A stretch of 64,000 bases of DNA from Octopus vulgaris. Lineage: Eukaryota. The stretch is taken from assembly GCA_951406725.2 (NCBI GenBank), contig OX597825.1:29760001-29824000 (forward strand). Direction: 5' to 3'. Below the pieces are notes generated by a model. It was not told where the DNA came from and did not search any database. It saw nothing but the letters and a program-made list of their open reading frames with translations. This document shows, piece by piece, positions 26,828 through 39,700 of this stretch. The position numbers were made by a program, and so were the translations under genes. Every line of letters begins with the position of its first letter. Position 1 is the first letter of the stretch.

Positions 26828-27802
26828 CTAAGATCCAAGTTTTGATTTCTTTAATAGAGAATATCATTTTAGAGTAATAAAATAAGCCTGCACTTGTTCC
26901 TTCTTTGGTGCTTGAATCTAGTGATAATGGACACATGTAATAATGCATTCCACACCAACTTCTTCCTAAAATTTCAAAAATTTTGTCTCATGAATTTATT
27001 TTTCTAAACACAATTATTATTTAATAATATTCTGTTATATAATTGGAATTGTCTAGATTTGAAATACAAGTTTTCGTTCATTTCTCATGAGAAAAATCCC
27101 TGAGCTGTCAAGTTGTTTGTTAGACAGACTTCTACTTTTGCTACATTCTAACTTTTTTTGTTTTTACACAAATGTTTGAATAATTGTAAAGAAATTTATT
27201 TTTATTGTTTGAAACTTTTGCTCGTGTAAACCATATGACATCAAAATTTGATAGGATTAAAGCAAATTTTAAATATAAACAGCATTTGATAAGTTAACAA
27301 CTTCTAAGACAATGATATTGATTATAATGTAGTTGTGTGTCAATACTGCGAAAGTACGATAAACAATTATTTTTCTGCTTTTGAATTTTTAAGAAATAGC
27401 TTAGATTTTAATAAATAAATGTTTCGTTTTTGGTTTTTGGGAAGAACAAATAATATTTGGTTGATTAAGACCGTGTAATCTTTTCTTTGCATTTTCCTTC
27501 TCCTCCTCCTTCACCGTACTTGTACAAACATCATTTGTGTTATGGAAGCATTGTGTTACTGACAAACTTACAGTAACGGAATTCTGCACTTTGGAAATTA
27601 TTTACCCATTGACCGCCATATAACATACAAGAAAAAGAATGTAAATGGCAGTGGGGAGAAAGAAATCTCACTTAAACTATTCCAAGCTGCAGAAAATTTT
27701 AAGGAACACATACTTTCATAAAGCCAGGATTACATGTAGGCTCCTTAAAACTTGAATATTAAGTTACTTGGCCAGTTACCACCGTTTCAGTAGCTTCCTA
27801 AG

Positions 27803-27933
27803 GATACAGGAATACAGGGATACAGGGATACAGGCATCCAGCAACAGGACCTTCGTAATGCCATGATGGACCGTGAAGTCTGGCGTAGCATGGTAAATTC
27901 CATTGTCTCGACCACGGTCGAACAATGATGATG
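27803..27933 (+). mobile_element. 5'-truncated non-LTR (RTE-like) 3' end
   Basis: Translates DTGIQQQDLRNAMMDREVWRSMVNSIVSTTVEQ* followed by a (TGA)n tail; the DR..WR motif is typical of RTE ORF ends. Confidence 0.7.
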
Positions 27934-28069
27934 AAGTGTTCCTAGTTCTCATTCTTTGTAATAGATTAAGTTTGCAGTGCTTTAGAACAAACAATACTTT
28001 TAGTACTCTACTCTGTAATTTTTCCTACTTGCTTACAAACCGAATTTCATCACTGATGCTCACTGATTG

Positions 28070-28382
28070 TTGTTGTTGTTGTTTGTTCCTTCTCGAGCCA
28101 TGCCTGGCTCATAAGTGCCGGTTTCCCGGTTTCTTGGTGTATAGGTTCCCCACCTGGACGGGACGCCGGTCCATTGCAGGTGAGCAGCAAAATGCAGGAG
28201 GAAAGAGTGAGAGAAAGTTGTGGCGAAAGAGTCAGCAGAAGTTTCGCCATTACCTTCTGCCGGAGCCACGTGGAGCTTAGGTGTTTCGCTCATAAACACA
28301 CACATCATCCGGTCTGAGATTCGAACCCGCGATCCCTCGACCGCGAGTCCGCTGCTCTAACCACTAGGCCATGTGCCTCCAC
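28070..28382 (-). mobile_element. SINE family D (young copy)
   Basis: CpG-rich head intact; TSD TCACTGATTG at 28060-28069 and 28383-28392. Confidence 0.92.
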
Positions 28383-30019
28383 TCACTGATTGCAGTCAGC
28401 ACACTCATATATTTATTTCCACCATTCTCACACACACATTGTTGCATGTGACCCAAAGAGCTCTCTCTCTCTCCTTCTCTCTCCCTCTTTCTATCTCTCT
28501 CTCCCTCTCTTTCTCACTCTCATTAGTGAATCTTGGCAGACTTCCTATTTCTAATCTAATGGTCTTCTTGAGTCAGAATAGGGCAACTGGGCATTGCAAA
28601 TGCAAATTTATTCAATTTTTCATCCCCTTGACTGGAAAGCAATAGCCACGACATCTGACAAAAATTTCAAATCATTTTAAATTTCAAATTAACTTGATTA
28701 GTAATTATAAATAGAGAATTGTATACATTTGCACCTTCAGTGCCAAATATAAAGATTAGATAGCTTTTTATTTTGTTTTCATCCTTTCGTTATCAGCAAA
28801 GATACTGTAAAGAATGAAATTATGTGAGAAAAGACGAATATATAAATCTTGAAATTAGATTTAAATTGCATTGGGATTCTGGCTTTATCACATTTTCTAC
28901 TAAAGTGGCAGCACTATTATAGAATAGAAAATAATCTGCAAGTTACCTGACTCAAGTTCCTGTTTGGCAATTTTGTGTGTTTTTAGCAATTTCACAACAT
29001 TTATTTTTCTAAAGCTTTCACTAAACATATGAAACCTTATTTTGTACTTCTGCATTTTCCTTGGAGAAGATAATGCAAACTTCTTTCTCTCTCTGCCCCA
29101 CACCTCTAAGAAATGTCAAGGCAAGCATAACTGGCAATTAAACATCACAACATATATTGTAACCTATTACCATTATTTGTATATTTGCTGTAGAGATTCT
29201 TCAAAGTTCTCATGTGATAGAATTTACTATCTGATCGCCATTTCTCACTGAATTGAGTTTTAACCCCCAAAGCAATTTATACATTAAAGGTAGTCATCAT
29301 CATCATCATCATCCTCCTCCTCATCATCATCCTCATCATTATCATCATCATTTTGATCTGATTACCTTTATATCCATTTTTATTTTCATGCTGGTGTGGG
29401 TAACACATAACATGTTGAGGCAGATTTTCTATGGATCCATGTCCTTCCTTTTGTCTATTACCTGAAGCATTTTTACTTCACTTACCATCTCTCTCAGTGA
29501 AAACTGGAACTGTAGAATTTTTGCTCACTGGAATGTATACATACTTACACACATACACACATACTCACACACACACACACATACACACATAGACATTATA
29601 TATATGCATATATACATACATGATACATGTATACACACATATATGTACATACATACATATATGTGTGTGTATGTGTGTGTCTCTAGGAGAAGGTCACTCT
29701 GATATAAAACCGAAATGCAGGGAATCTCATAGGGCATTATGGGTTGCTTTGCTTGCACTTGAAATCATGGCATACCCATATTCCTGAACCTGTGATCCAT
29801 AGGGGCACTAGATATTTTGATATTTTGCCTTGGCTTGTCTCTGGTTCATGCCCAATAGGGTGGAAGGGGTCTGTGAGGTGTTGTGTAAGACTTATTGACC
29901 CTAAAACTTTTCGCAAGCATCGCTTTTTAAGTGATGGTCATACTCACCTATGAGTTGACAACCATCATCAAATATATATATATATATATTCAAAATAAGA
30001 AACAGAATATCAAGAAGTG

Positions 30020-30108
30020 ATGCAGTACAACCGGTTCAAGTGGCTCCATTTGATTGAACAATGCAATCATTTGCATCAATTTAAATGCAGGGCTATCATC
30101 AGCTGCAC
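30020..30108 (-). ncRNA. Type I hammerhead-like motif with extended stem II (decayed)
   Basis: GUGCAG-CUGAUGA-[58-nt imperfect hairpin]-GAACCGGUU-GUA|CUGCAU; GAAA lacks one A. Confidence 0.5.
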
Positions 30109-30307
30109 AAAGAAATAGAATTTTAATCAGTTGGACACATTGATATAAATTTTCTCAAATACTTTAACAGAGCAAGAAGATGGAAGAAATCCATGTTGAC
30201 ACTATTGTAGCTAAGAATATACTACACTTCCAAGAAAGGCATGAAGCCCACTGTACGCATACATACATACCTACATGCATACATACATACATAATACATA
30301 CATACAT

Positions 30308-30655
<348 letters not shown>

Positions 30656-30698
30656 TATACATACATACATATATCTATATATATATATATATGTGTGT

Positions 30699-30760
<62 letters not shown>

Positions 30761-31357
30761 AGTTTGATAACATAAAGATAATACCTAACCCAGTAGTGGA
30801 TTTCGAGCAGTGGTCATAAATAACGAACTTGATGCTGTGGCTTGAAACAAAATTACCAAAATATTATTCAATAATGAATCAGCGTAAACATTTTCTAGAT
30901 AATAATATGAAACTTTAGAAGAGATAAGAGCTGATAAAATGCAAATATATATATTAGAATATTCTATCAATAAGTTAATTATAAACATACTAATTAGAGA
31001 TGCAGTTTGATTAGATTTCACCTCCTGACAGTTAATGCATAACTTCAGGAACTATGTGATATCTAGAGTATATTCCATGATAAAGCCTACAGGAACTCTG
31101 TCATTTTCTGACATCAGATTAATGTTACATCTCTTATAGCCAAGATGTTCGCAGTCATTTTAAAGATAATAAAAATATTTATATTCTTAAAAGATTATTT
31201 TATGTATAATTTATTTGTTCCATTTTCTTTACGTTTTTTTTTTTTTTGTTTTTGTAAATTTTAATCTTTTAAATATTAATAAAAGACTTTCTTTCCTGAA
31301 CTGAATAAAACAATGGAACTGATATGTGTGTGTATGTAATATGCATGTATAAATGCG

Positions 31358-31417
<60 letters not shown>

Positions 31418-31542
31418 GAAACATATACAGATTATACATAGATACATGCATGTGTGCATGTGTACATACATACATACATAGATACATAAACATACACACA
31501 CACTTATATCTATCTGTCTCTGTCTCAATGCATTTATAAATA

Positions 31543-31583
<41 letters not shown>

Positions 31584-31791
31584 ATATATGTATATATATA
31601 TATATATACATATATTTACATAGAAGCATATACAGATTATACATAGATAAATACAAGCATAAATACATAAACATACACACACACACTTATATCTATCTAT
31701 CTTTCTATCAATCTGTCTTTCTCTCTCTCTCTTTCTCTACATATATATATGTGTGTGCGTGCGTGTGTGTGTGTGTGTGTGTGCGCATGTG

Positions 31792-31833
<42 letters not shown>

Positions 31834-34034
31834 TAAATACATTTTGATTTACAAATGTGAGAAAACATATCCAATATGTTAAGCAAAGTATATCCGTTTA
31901 ATCAAAACAGCATTCCTGCTATCTCTATTTCCATTTTCCTCAGTATGATCTTTTTTTTTTTTGCAGTAAAAAATAAGTTTATAACGATAACAACACCATC
32001 AACAACAACAGCAACAACAATGATAATAGTAATAATTACAATATTTTCTGATATTTGAGTTTGTAAATGATGTGAAGAAAGGGAAAGAAGGAGGAGATGA
32101 GATAAGAAGTATACTCAGTACATAAAATTTGTGATCACATGATGATACAATTCTCCTAATAGAGGAGAGCCTCCAACTTGTGCCTGGCAAGGGACTCCAC
32201 AGATCTTTGTCCTGACCACCAAGGACACAAGCCCTCACCCAACTGTGGGTCTTTAATCTACAAAGACATGTTTAGTTTAATTCCATTCACTCTAATCATG
32301 CCAGTCACCCATCTTTTGGCAATTTCCCTGGAGCAGAGTACTTCCCCCTTCCCCCTCCACTGTATTTTCCAAGTGAAACTTGAAAAATTTAGTGAGAGCT
32401 TGACCACCCAGAGTTGTGTCTATCTGCAATGTTTTCAGTTTCATCCCCACCACACCCACTGTACCCTACCCCACACACTCTCTTTCACTAGGCAGCATAA
32501 CATTACCTATCCCAGTCATTTTATACCTGTGAAAATATAAAAATTCTAAAACTAGGCATTTGGCAACATAGAATCACTCTTTAAAACTTCATAGGAAATG
32601 GACATTTTCAAGGAACCAATCAAATAGCATGGATACCTGGATTTGTAGCATTAAAGTCTTAGAATCATAAATTTTAGATTTTGAACAATAAAAGTTTGAA
32701 TGAGAACCAAAGGATGCTTCTAGAATTCCAAATGCAGCTTCTAGAATTCAGGAGGAAAAGAGTTGGTCTGTGATAGCAAGAGTTAGTTTGGTTAAAATGA
32801 AATGTAAAGATATGTTAGTGTCAGATATGGGAAAATATCTAACATATTCTTGTCATTATCAATATCATGAACAATATCAAATTGACTTTTACATGGCCAC
32901 AGATTATCACAAGTCCCAACTTTGACTGATAAATATCGAAATTTTTCACTCAGTGTGCAATTAATGATCATACCTAAACTATTAAAAATGATCAATATTG
33001 CGAACTGTATCAAAATGACTTTTAAAACATGGCCACATATTATCACAAGTCCTATCAAATTCTAGTCTTTCACTTTATTAAATAGCAAAAATTTTAATTT
33101 ATCACTCAATGAACGATCACGCTTAAAGAGTTCCTCTGTTTATAACACATTTAACTAGTGAACAAAAGGATTGATATTTTAACAATACGTTAAGATTACT
33201 TCAACATAAACGTGAAGTGGTTCTAACTGAAGGATTAATATGAAGATAACAAAAGCCACAGATACTTAACTATATACAAAAGCCTCTTTAACTTTGCACA
33301 CTTCTCCATCAATAACGTTAGTTAATCATCTTTATTTTTTTCTTTAATTTCATTTTGCTACACCTCAGATACAAGAAAAATCTGAAAATATTCTAATTAT
33401 ATGGTTAACTAAATTAGCAAATGTTTTCCAAATATTTGCTTCTATTTTTCACAATACAAGAAGCATGAAAAATGACAAAAAAAAAAAGAAAATTAAAAAA
33501 ATCAACTCAGTAAAGAAAAAAACCTGATATAAAAATATGATTTGGAGAGAGAGAGAGAGGGAGAGGTGTAGGAAGGGAACACAAAAAGAATACGCTTATG
33601 TTATTTACAAAATTAGATTTGATCAGTGAGAGGCCCTTGAGCTGAAAAGGTGGCCAAGAAAAGATTTATTTAATATAGAGTCTTGATCTTCTTGCTAATT
33701 CTTATACCGATAATTATTATTTCTTGTATCAGGAGGAAATTAATCATAATTGGGTTAACACCCCCAAAGACATATATGTTGCTTAACTCAGATGCATTGG
33801 AGAAAACACTGATTCTGTTGAATAATCTGGTTATTGGCATCATCATCTTCAGCATCATCAACGTCATCATCATCATCATCATCATCATCAACATATCTGT
33901 TGTTGCTGTTATTGTTGTTTTATTGTTGTCATCATCATCATCACCAGCATCATCATCATCATCATTATTATTGTTATTATTACTAGTAGTAGTAACATTA
34001 CTGCCAACTTCCTTTTCATCACCACTGCTATTTT

Positions 34035-34066
<32 letters not shown>

Positions 34067-34619
34067 CCTTAATTACTATCTTCCTAATTTTCAGCTATCG
34101 TCATCATCGTCATCATAATCACCATCATCCTAATTATTGCCATCTATACCGCCATCCCTAATTTCCAATATTAACCACCATAGTGAAGGTTATTTTCTCA
34201 AACATCAACATTATTATCATCTTCATCATCGCAGCTGTCATTTGGAGCATCATCACTTGTTGGACAAAGCAAATTACTTAGAGAGGTTGTTGCCATCGTT
34301 ACACATCGGAAATGCAAATTACTATTAGCAGTTATTACCATCATTGCTCATCAGGGATACATATTATCATCATCAATTGTTACTATCATCACTCATCAGG
34401 GATGCAAATTAGCATCAACAGTTATTACCTTTAATTTAGCATGTATCTTGGTAATGCAACTACTTTGAAAGAAATCTGTAAGATATGTTTATACCTTTAA
34501 GTCAAGAAGGAAGGGAGTGTCCATGATCTCTTACCAAGCCCCTAATGCTGGAAAAATGGGAGGAAGGTATTATCAAACTGGAGCCCTGCCCTGAAGGCTA
34601 TGGTATGATTTGAATGAAT

Positions 34620-35345
34620 TTAACCTGTTCGTTACCAACCTGGCTGAAACAGGCTCTGGCTCTGAGTACAAATGTCTTGTTTTCATAATTTCGTTTTTGG
34701 ATTTAGCTTGCAAAATTCTTTATATGGGTTCATGTGTTGAAGCATATTCTGTTGTGTCTGGGGAGAGTCATTTTCTTTTTGTGCCTTGTAATGTAACGCA
34801 CTCACCGGTAAAATTTCCACTTATTTCTTATTTTAATTTTCCTAAAATTTTCGTTGCGTCATGCGACCTTTTCAGTAGTCTTGACTCAAGTTTTGAATAA
34901 AAATCTTCCACCAAATCTTAGTCACAATTTATGTTCCTAACACTAGCTGAATGATAATTAAGTTATTTTACTAAATTCTTTGTTATATTTAAAGCAATTG
35001 AAAGAAACACAGAGTATCTCAAAATAAATACAGTAACAATAGGATTAAAAGAGCATAGAATAGCATTCTTTTTGTGCCTTATAATGTAACACACTCACTG
35101 GTAAAATTTCCACTTATTTCTTATTTTAATTTTCCTAAAATTTTCGTTGCGTCATGCGACCTTTTCAATAGTCTTGACTCAAGTTTTGAATAAAAATCTT
35201 CCACCAAACCTTCGTCACAATTTATGTTCCTAACACTAGCTGATTGATAACTAAGTTATTTAACTAAAGTCTTTGTTATATTTATTTAAGGTAATTGAAA
35301 GAAACACAGAGTATCTCAAAATAAATACAGTAACAAAAGGGTTAA
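34620..35345. mobile_element. piggyBac-like MITE with duplicated right half
   Basis: TTAA-CCTGTTCGTTAC ... GTAACAAAAGGG-TTAA termini. Confidence 0.7.
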
Positions 35346-35358
35346 AAGAGCATAGAAT
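34773..35358. repeat. Tandem duplication, period about 293 bp
   Basis: 34773-35061 and 35066-35358 are near-identical. Confidence 0.95.
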
Positions 35359-35785
35359 CACAATATAGATATTATTGGCAGATATCAACTTGCCTAAATG
35401 GATAAGTGGATAAACAGGGTATCCCCATCCCTAAAAAAACTACTAAAAATGTTACCATTTTGTACACAGTCAATTGTACTGTGCTATGCTTATGACCCAA
35501 AACATTTAACTGTCAGTAACTCATCAGTTTATGGCACTGAGTTCAAATCCTTCTGTAGACAAATGTTTGAAAGTACTGCTGCATCCCACTTGTTACATTT
35601 TATAAGTTTAAGTTTATTGTGGTGGTAGACGTTGGATCTAACTTTCAGATGTAAACAGGAAAGAAGAGGTTTGAACCTCAATTTAAATGTTATAGAGGCT
35701 AAGATTTTAATGGGAAACTTTCTGGTTTATCCTAGAGTGAAAATTTGGTCCTAAAGTAACTTGCGGTGCAAAGGGAAGTTTTAGA

Positions 35786-36195
35786 TACTCTTTTACTCTT
35801 TTACTTGTTTCAGTCATTTGACTGTGGCCATGCTGGAGCACAGCCTTTAGTCGAGCAAATCGACCCCAGGACTTATTCTTTGTAAGCCTAGTACTTATTC
35901 TATTGGTCTCTTTTGCCGAACTGCTAAGTTATGGGGATATACACACACCAGCATCGGTTGTCAAGCGATGTTGGGGAGACAAACACAGATGCACAACCAT
36001 ATACACACACATACATATATATATACATATATACAATGGGCTTCTTTCAGTATCTGTCTATCAAATCCACTCACAAGGCTTTGGTCAGCCTGAGGCTACA
36101 GTAGAAGACACTTGCCTAAGGTGCCACACTGTGGAACTGAACCCGGAACCATGTGGTTGGTAAGCAAGCTACTTACCACACAGCTACTTCTGCGC
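35786..36195 (-). mobile_element. SINE family B
   Basis: Full-length match to 44663-45058. Confidence 0.92.
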
Positions 36196-37159
36196 ATAAT
36201 AACAACATAACTGGATTCACCTCCATGAACCTTCTTTTCAGTATCAACACAGCTTCTATTTGTAGTGTCCACAATGTGAGCAATTATATTTCATTTCAGA
36301 TAGTCACCCTTCTGAAATTCTTGCTAATGACCCAAACAACTTCTAACCACTGAATATACTTCTCATCACGACAGTATGGTATCTTATTTGTATTAGTCTG
36401 TACTCAATTATAGAAACATTATACGTTCAACGAGGAATCTTGAATAAACAATAATAGATAACTTGAATAACTGGTGATTCTGGAATGACATAACATCAAT
36501 TCTTAATATTGGGGGTCAGAGCAAATGCCTAAGCACAAATATAAAGTTGGAAGTCAACATTTAAACTCAGCCGTTTCTGCTTGATTAGAACTGAAATATG
36601 CAGAAATGACTTAGACAGATGCAAATTAAAGGTAGCATTAAATTTCGAAGTATAATATTCTCATGTATATTCTACTAAAATATTAGAATAAATCCACTGT
36701 AATATTTGTAAAAGGAAAATCTTATGCATATTTATGTAAGTTCTTCAAATTGTGAATTTTTTGCAATATACGAAATTTTTACAAATCTATGAATTCATAA
36801 TATTTTACAGACCATATGTAAAAATTTGAAATGTTAAGACATAAAAATCTGGGTAAGAATCATGTAATTACTAGAATTCAAGAAGAAAAGTGGCGGTCTT
36901 TGATAGCAAGAATTTGTTCATTAAAAATCAAATATAGAGATATGTTAGAGACATAGATGAGAAAAAATATCTTATGTATTTTTCTCAAGTGTCCAGCTTG
37001 AAGCTTTAGGATTCTTTTTCCTTTACATAACACTGTCTTTGTTTATATTTTGAACAATATTGAAATGACTTTCACATGGCCACACACTATCAGACACTCC
37101 ATCAAATTCTAGTCCTTCACTTTTGTAAAATCAATTTTCTTTTTATGCCTTTTTTTTTG

Positions 37160-37762
37160 TTCTATTCATTGGACTATTGTCATGCTGGGGCACTACTTTG
37201 AATAGTTTGGTGAATCGAATGAAACCTAGTAGTAATGTTAAGATGAAATGCTAAGTTATGAAATGACAGAAACCAGTACCAGTTACCAAGCAGTGAGTGG
37301 CAAATGAAAAAGCATGCACACACACACACATGTGCATGTACGCACACGTATGCATGTTCACTCACACACATAAAATGGATGTCTTTCTGTTTCTTATTTC
37401 TTTATTGCTCACAAGAAGCTAAACATAGAGGAGACACACAAGGACAGACGAAGGGATTAAGTCGATTGCCTCGACCCCAGTGCGTAACTGGTACTTATAT
37501 AATCGACCCTGAAAGGATGAAAGGCTAAGTTGACCTTGACGGAATTTGAACTCAGAACGTAGCGACAGACAAAATACCGCTAAGCATTTTGCATGGCGTA
37601 ATAATGTTTCTGCCAGCTCGCCGCCTTTCTTTCTGTTTCTGTCTACTAAGTTCCTTTGCAAAACATTTGTGGGCAAGCAGACAATACCACAAGGTACCAC
37701 AAAGGGTAACAAAACCTGAAGTGACATGATCCCAAAGCAAACCTCTTCATCCAACAGCCATG
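37160..37762 (-). mobile_element. Old SINE family B copy hosting a family A insertion
   Basis: Degenerate B motifs on both sides of 37395-37627. Confidence 0.6.
37395..37627 (-). mobile_element. SINE family A (A2)
   Basis: TSD TCTTTCTGTTTCT at 37382-37394 and 37628-37640. Confidence 0.9.
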
Positions 37763-38233
37763 AATGTGGATTATGTTTTTTCATTCATAGCCTAACAAAT
37801 GGTCATGCTCAGACTGTTAGAAATTTCTTCCATGAGGCACCAGAATAGCTCCCATTATGTGATCGCATGGAAGAACCTGTACATTGTCAAAAGACCTACA
37901 AGAAATACAAGCCAAAATTCTCTCATGTTAAAAGTTTTATATTGTTAGAACAAGAAGGATGTCTTTGATAATGTAGTCATAGGTATACAAAAACACAAGA
38001 TGGTCATGGAAGGAGCATATCTGATCATAAATCTGATCATACTCCACCAGGCATAACCAGAGACATGGAGTGTTGTTTAAATACATAGATCTGTTGTGAA
38101 GAACCAGGATCTAATCCTGAATACTTGTGCTATGCTGCTGTATCATTTAAATTTGTTTAGTACTCAAGAAAAACTAAGCACTTGTCCCAAATTCTAAACC
38201 TTGCCATTTCTTTTTCCACATTCATGTAGCTAT

Positions 38234-38469
38234 TGTAAAGGGCTGTGATCTCATCCAAGATGACGTTAGTTTTACATTTACAACACAATCTACATCAACT
38301 AAACTGTTGTGTGGACACCCCCAGATGATGAAGTAGGCTAGCCCAATACATAGATATAGAGGGAGAAGTCTAGATGTCAAGAGACTAGAGTAGACTAGTC
38401 AGAGTAGAGTAGAGAAGATTTGAGTAGTAGAGGTATCCGAACATGTGACATAACAGTGGTGACGAGGAT
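38234..38469 (+). mobile_element. LTR retrotransposon remnant: LTR end plus primer-binding site (left boundary uncertain)
   Basis: ...ATAACA (38455), 1-nt spacer, then TGGTGACGAGGAT, one C->T from TGGCGACGAGGAT, the complement of the tRNA-Ser(GCU) 3' end. Confidence 0.6.
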
Positions 38470-39429
38470 TTCGTAGCTCACACAGTCACTGTGTAGTATT
38501 GTAACATAACATAAACCAAGCAAAGGTCCTTAAGGATTTTGTGATACCCAAAAGGAGCCGCATAGATTACCAGCAGTTTTAAAGTAAGATGGAAATGTCA
38601 TTGAATAACATCATTTTTTTCTTCTAAATATTCTCAGCTTCATACATTTATGACCAAACTGTAAGCACTTTAAAAATGAGTTGACAGCGAGGTAATAAAG
38701 GAAACAAACAAACCAACAATAACATATGCTTGAGTTTTATTGTTTCTGCTAATTACATTGGTAAAACACTAATGTTTTTTCGTAGTTTGTTCTATATTTA
38801 TTTGTTGTACCAAGACGTGATAGAGCAAAGTCTATTTGTATATTATCAGTGATTATCTTTATTCTATGTTTCTATAATAAAGAACCATGTGCTGAAATAC
38901 TGGTATTCAAGCCAAGATATAGAATGTCAGTGCTGAAGATAATCAGAAATCATAGAAACTACACACACACACAGTTACACACACACAATTACAAAAAAAA
39001 CACAGACACACACAGAGTTACACACACACAATTACAAAAGAAAAACACAGATATATACACACTCAAACACTCACTGATTTATAAACATGCATATACACTT
39101 AAAAAGTCATACACATAATCACTCTCATAATAAACACACTCATGAATACACAAGCATTCACTCACACTTTTAAATTCCTTGCCTTGCAAATATACACTCA
39201 CACACACACATGCACACAAACACACACACACATGCACGCATGCAGACACACAAGCATACACCTATTCCTTGTGGCTTCAATTCATGACAGAAGCAATATG
39301 TGAAATAGGTTTAATTAAGATAAAATAGCAACTAATTGGTACAACAGAATTTTCTCATTTAAACAAAAGTTATAAAAACGTTTAAGCACTTTATGTATGC
39401 GCTTAAACATATCCATGTACATGCACTCA

Positions 39430-39469
39430 CACATACAAACATACACACACACACATATAAATATATGTA

Positions 39470-39516
<47 letters not shown>

Positions 39517-39573
39517 GTATATGCATATTTGTATATATATATATATATATATACATTTATGTATATGTATACA

Positions 39574-39621
<48 letters not shown>

Positions 39622-39700
39622 CATATATGTATATGTATATATATATATTTATACACACATATATATATATACATATACGTATATACATATATATATATAT
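39430..39700. repeat. Compound (TA)n/(CA)n microsatellite
   Basis: Direct reading. Confidence 0.95.

Noticed and set aside
28290-28382. tRNA-like sequence with A and B boxes (also ~21480-21571, ~54170-54255)
   Set aside because: These are SINE heads continuous with SINE bodies and TSDs, not stand-alone tRNA genes
32180-32520. GC-richer segment with faint RTE C-terminal resemblance on the minus strand
   Set aside because: Too degenerate to assign without blastx
33683-34072. 129-aa hydrophobic ORF
   Set aside because: TTG start; hydrophobicity comes from (CAT)/(GTT)/(ATT) repeats
34300-34430. Two minus-strand CUGAUGAG motifs
   Set aside because: Units of a ~44-bp degenerate minisatellite; no GAAA or stems
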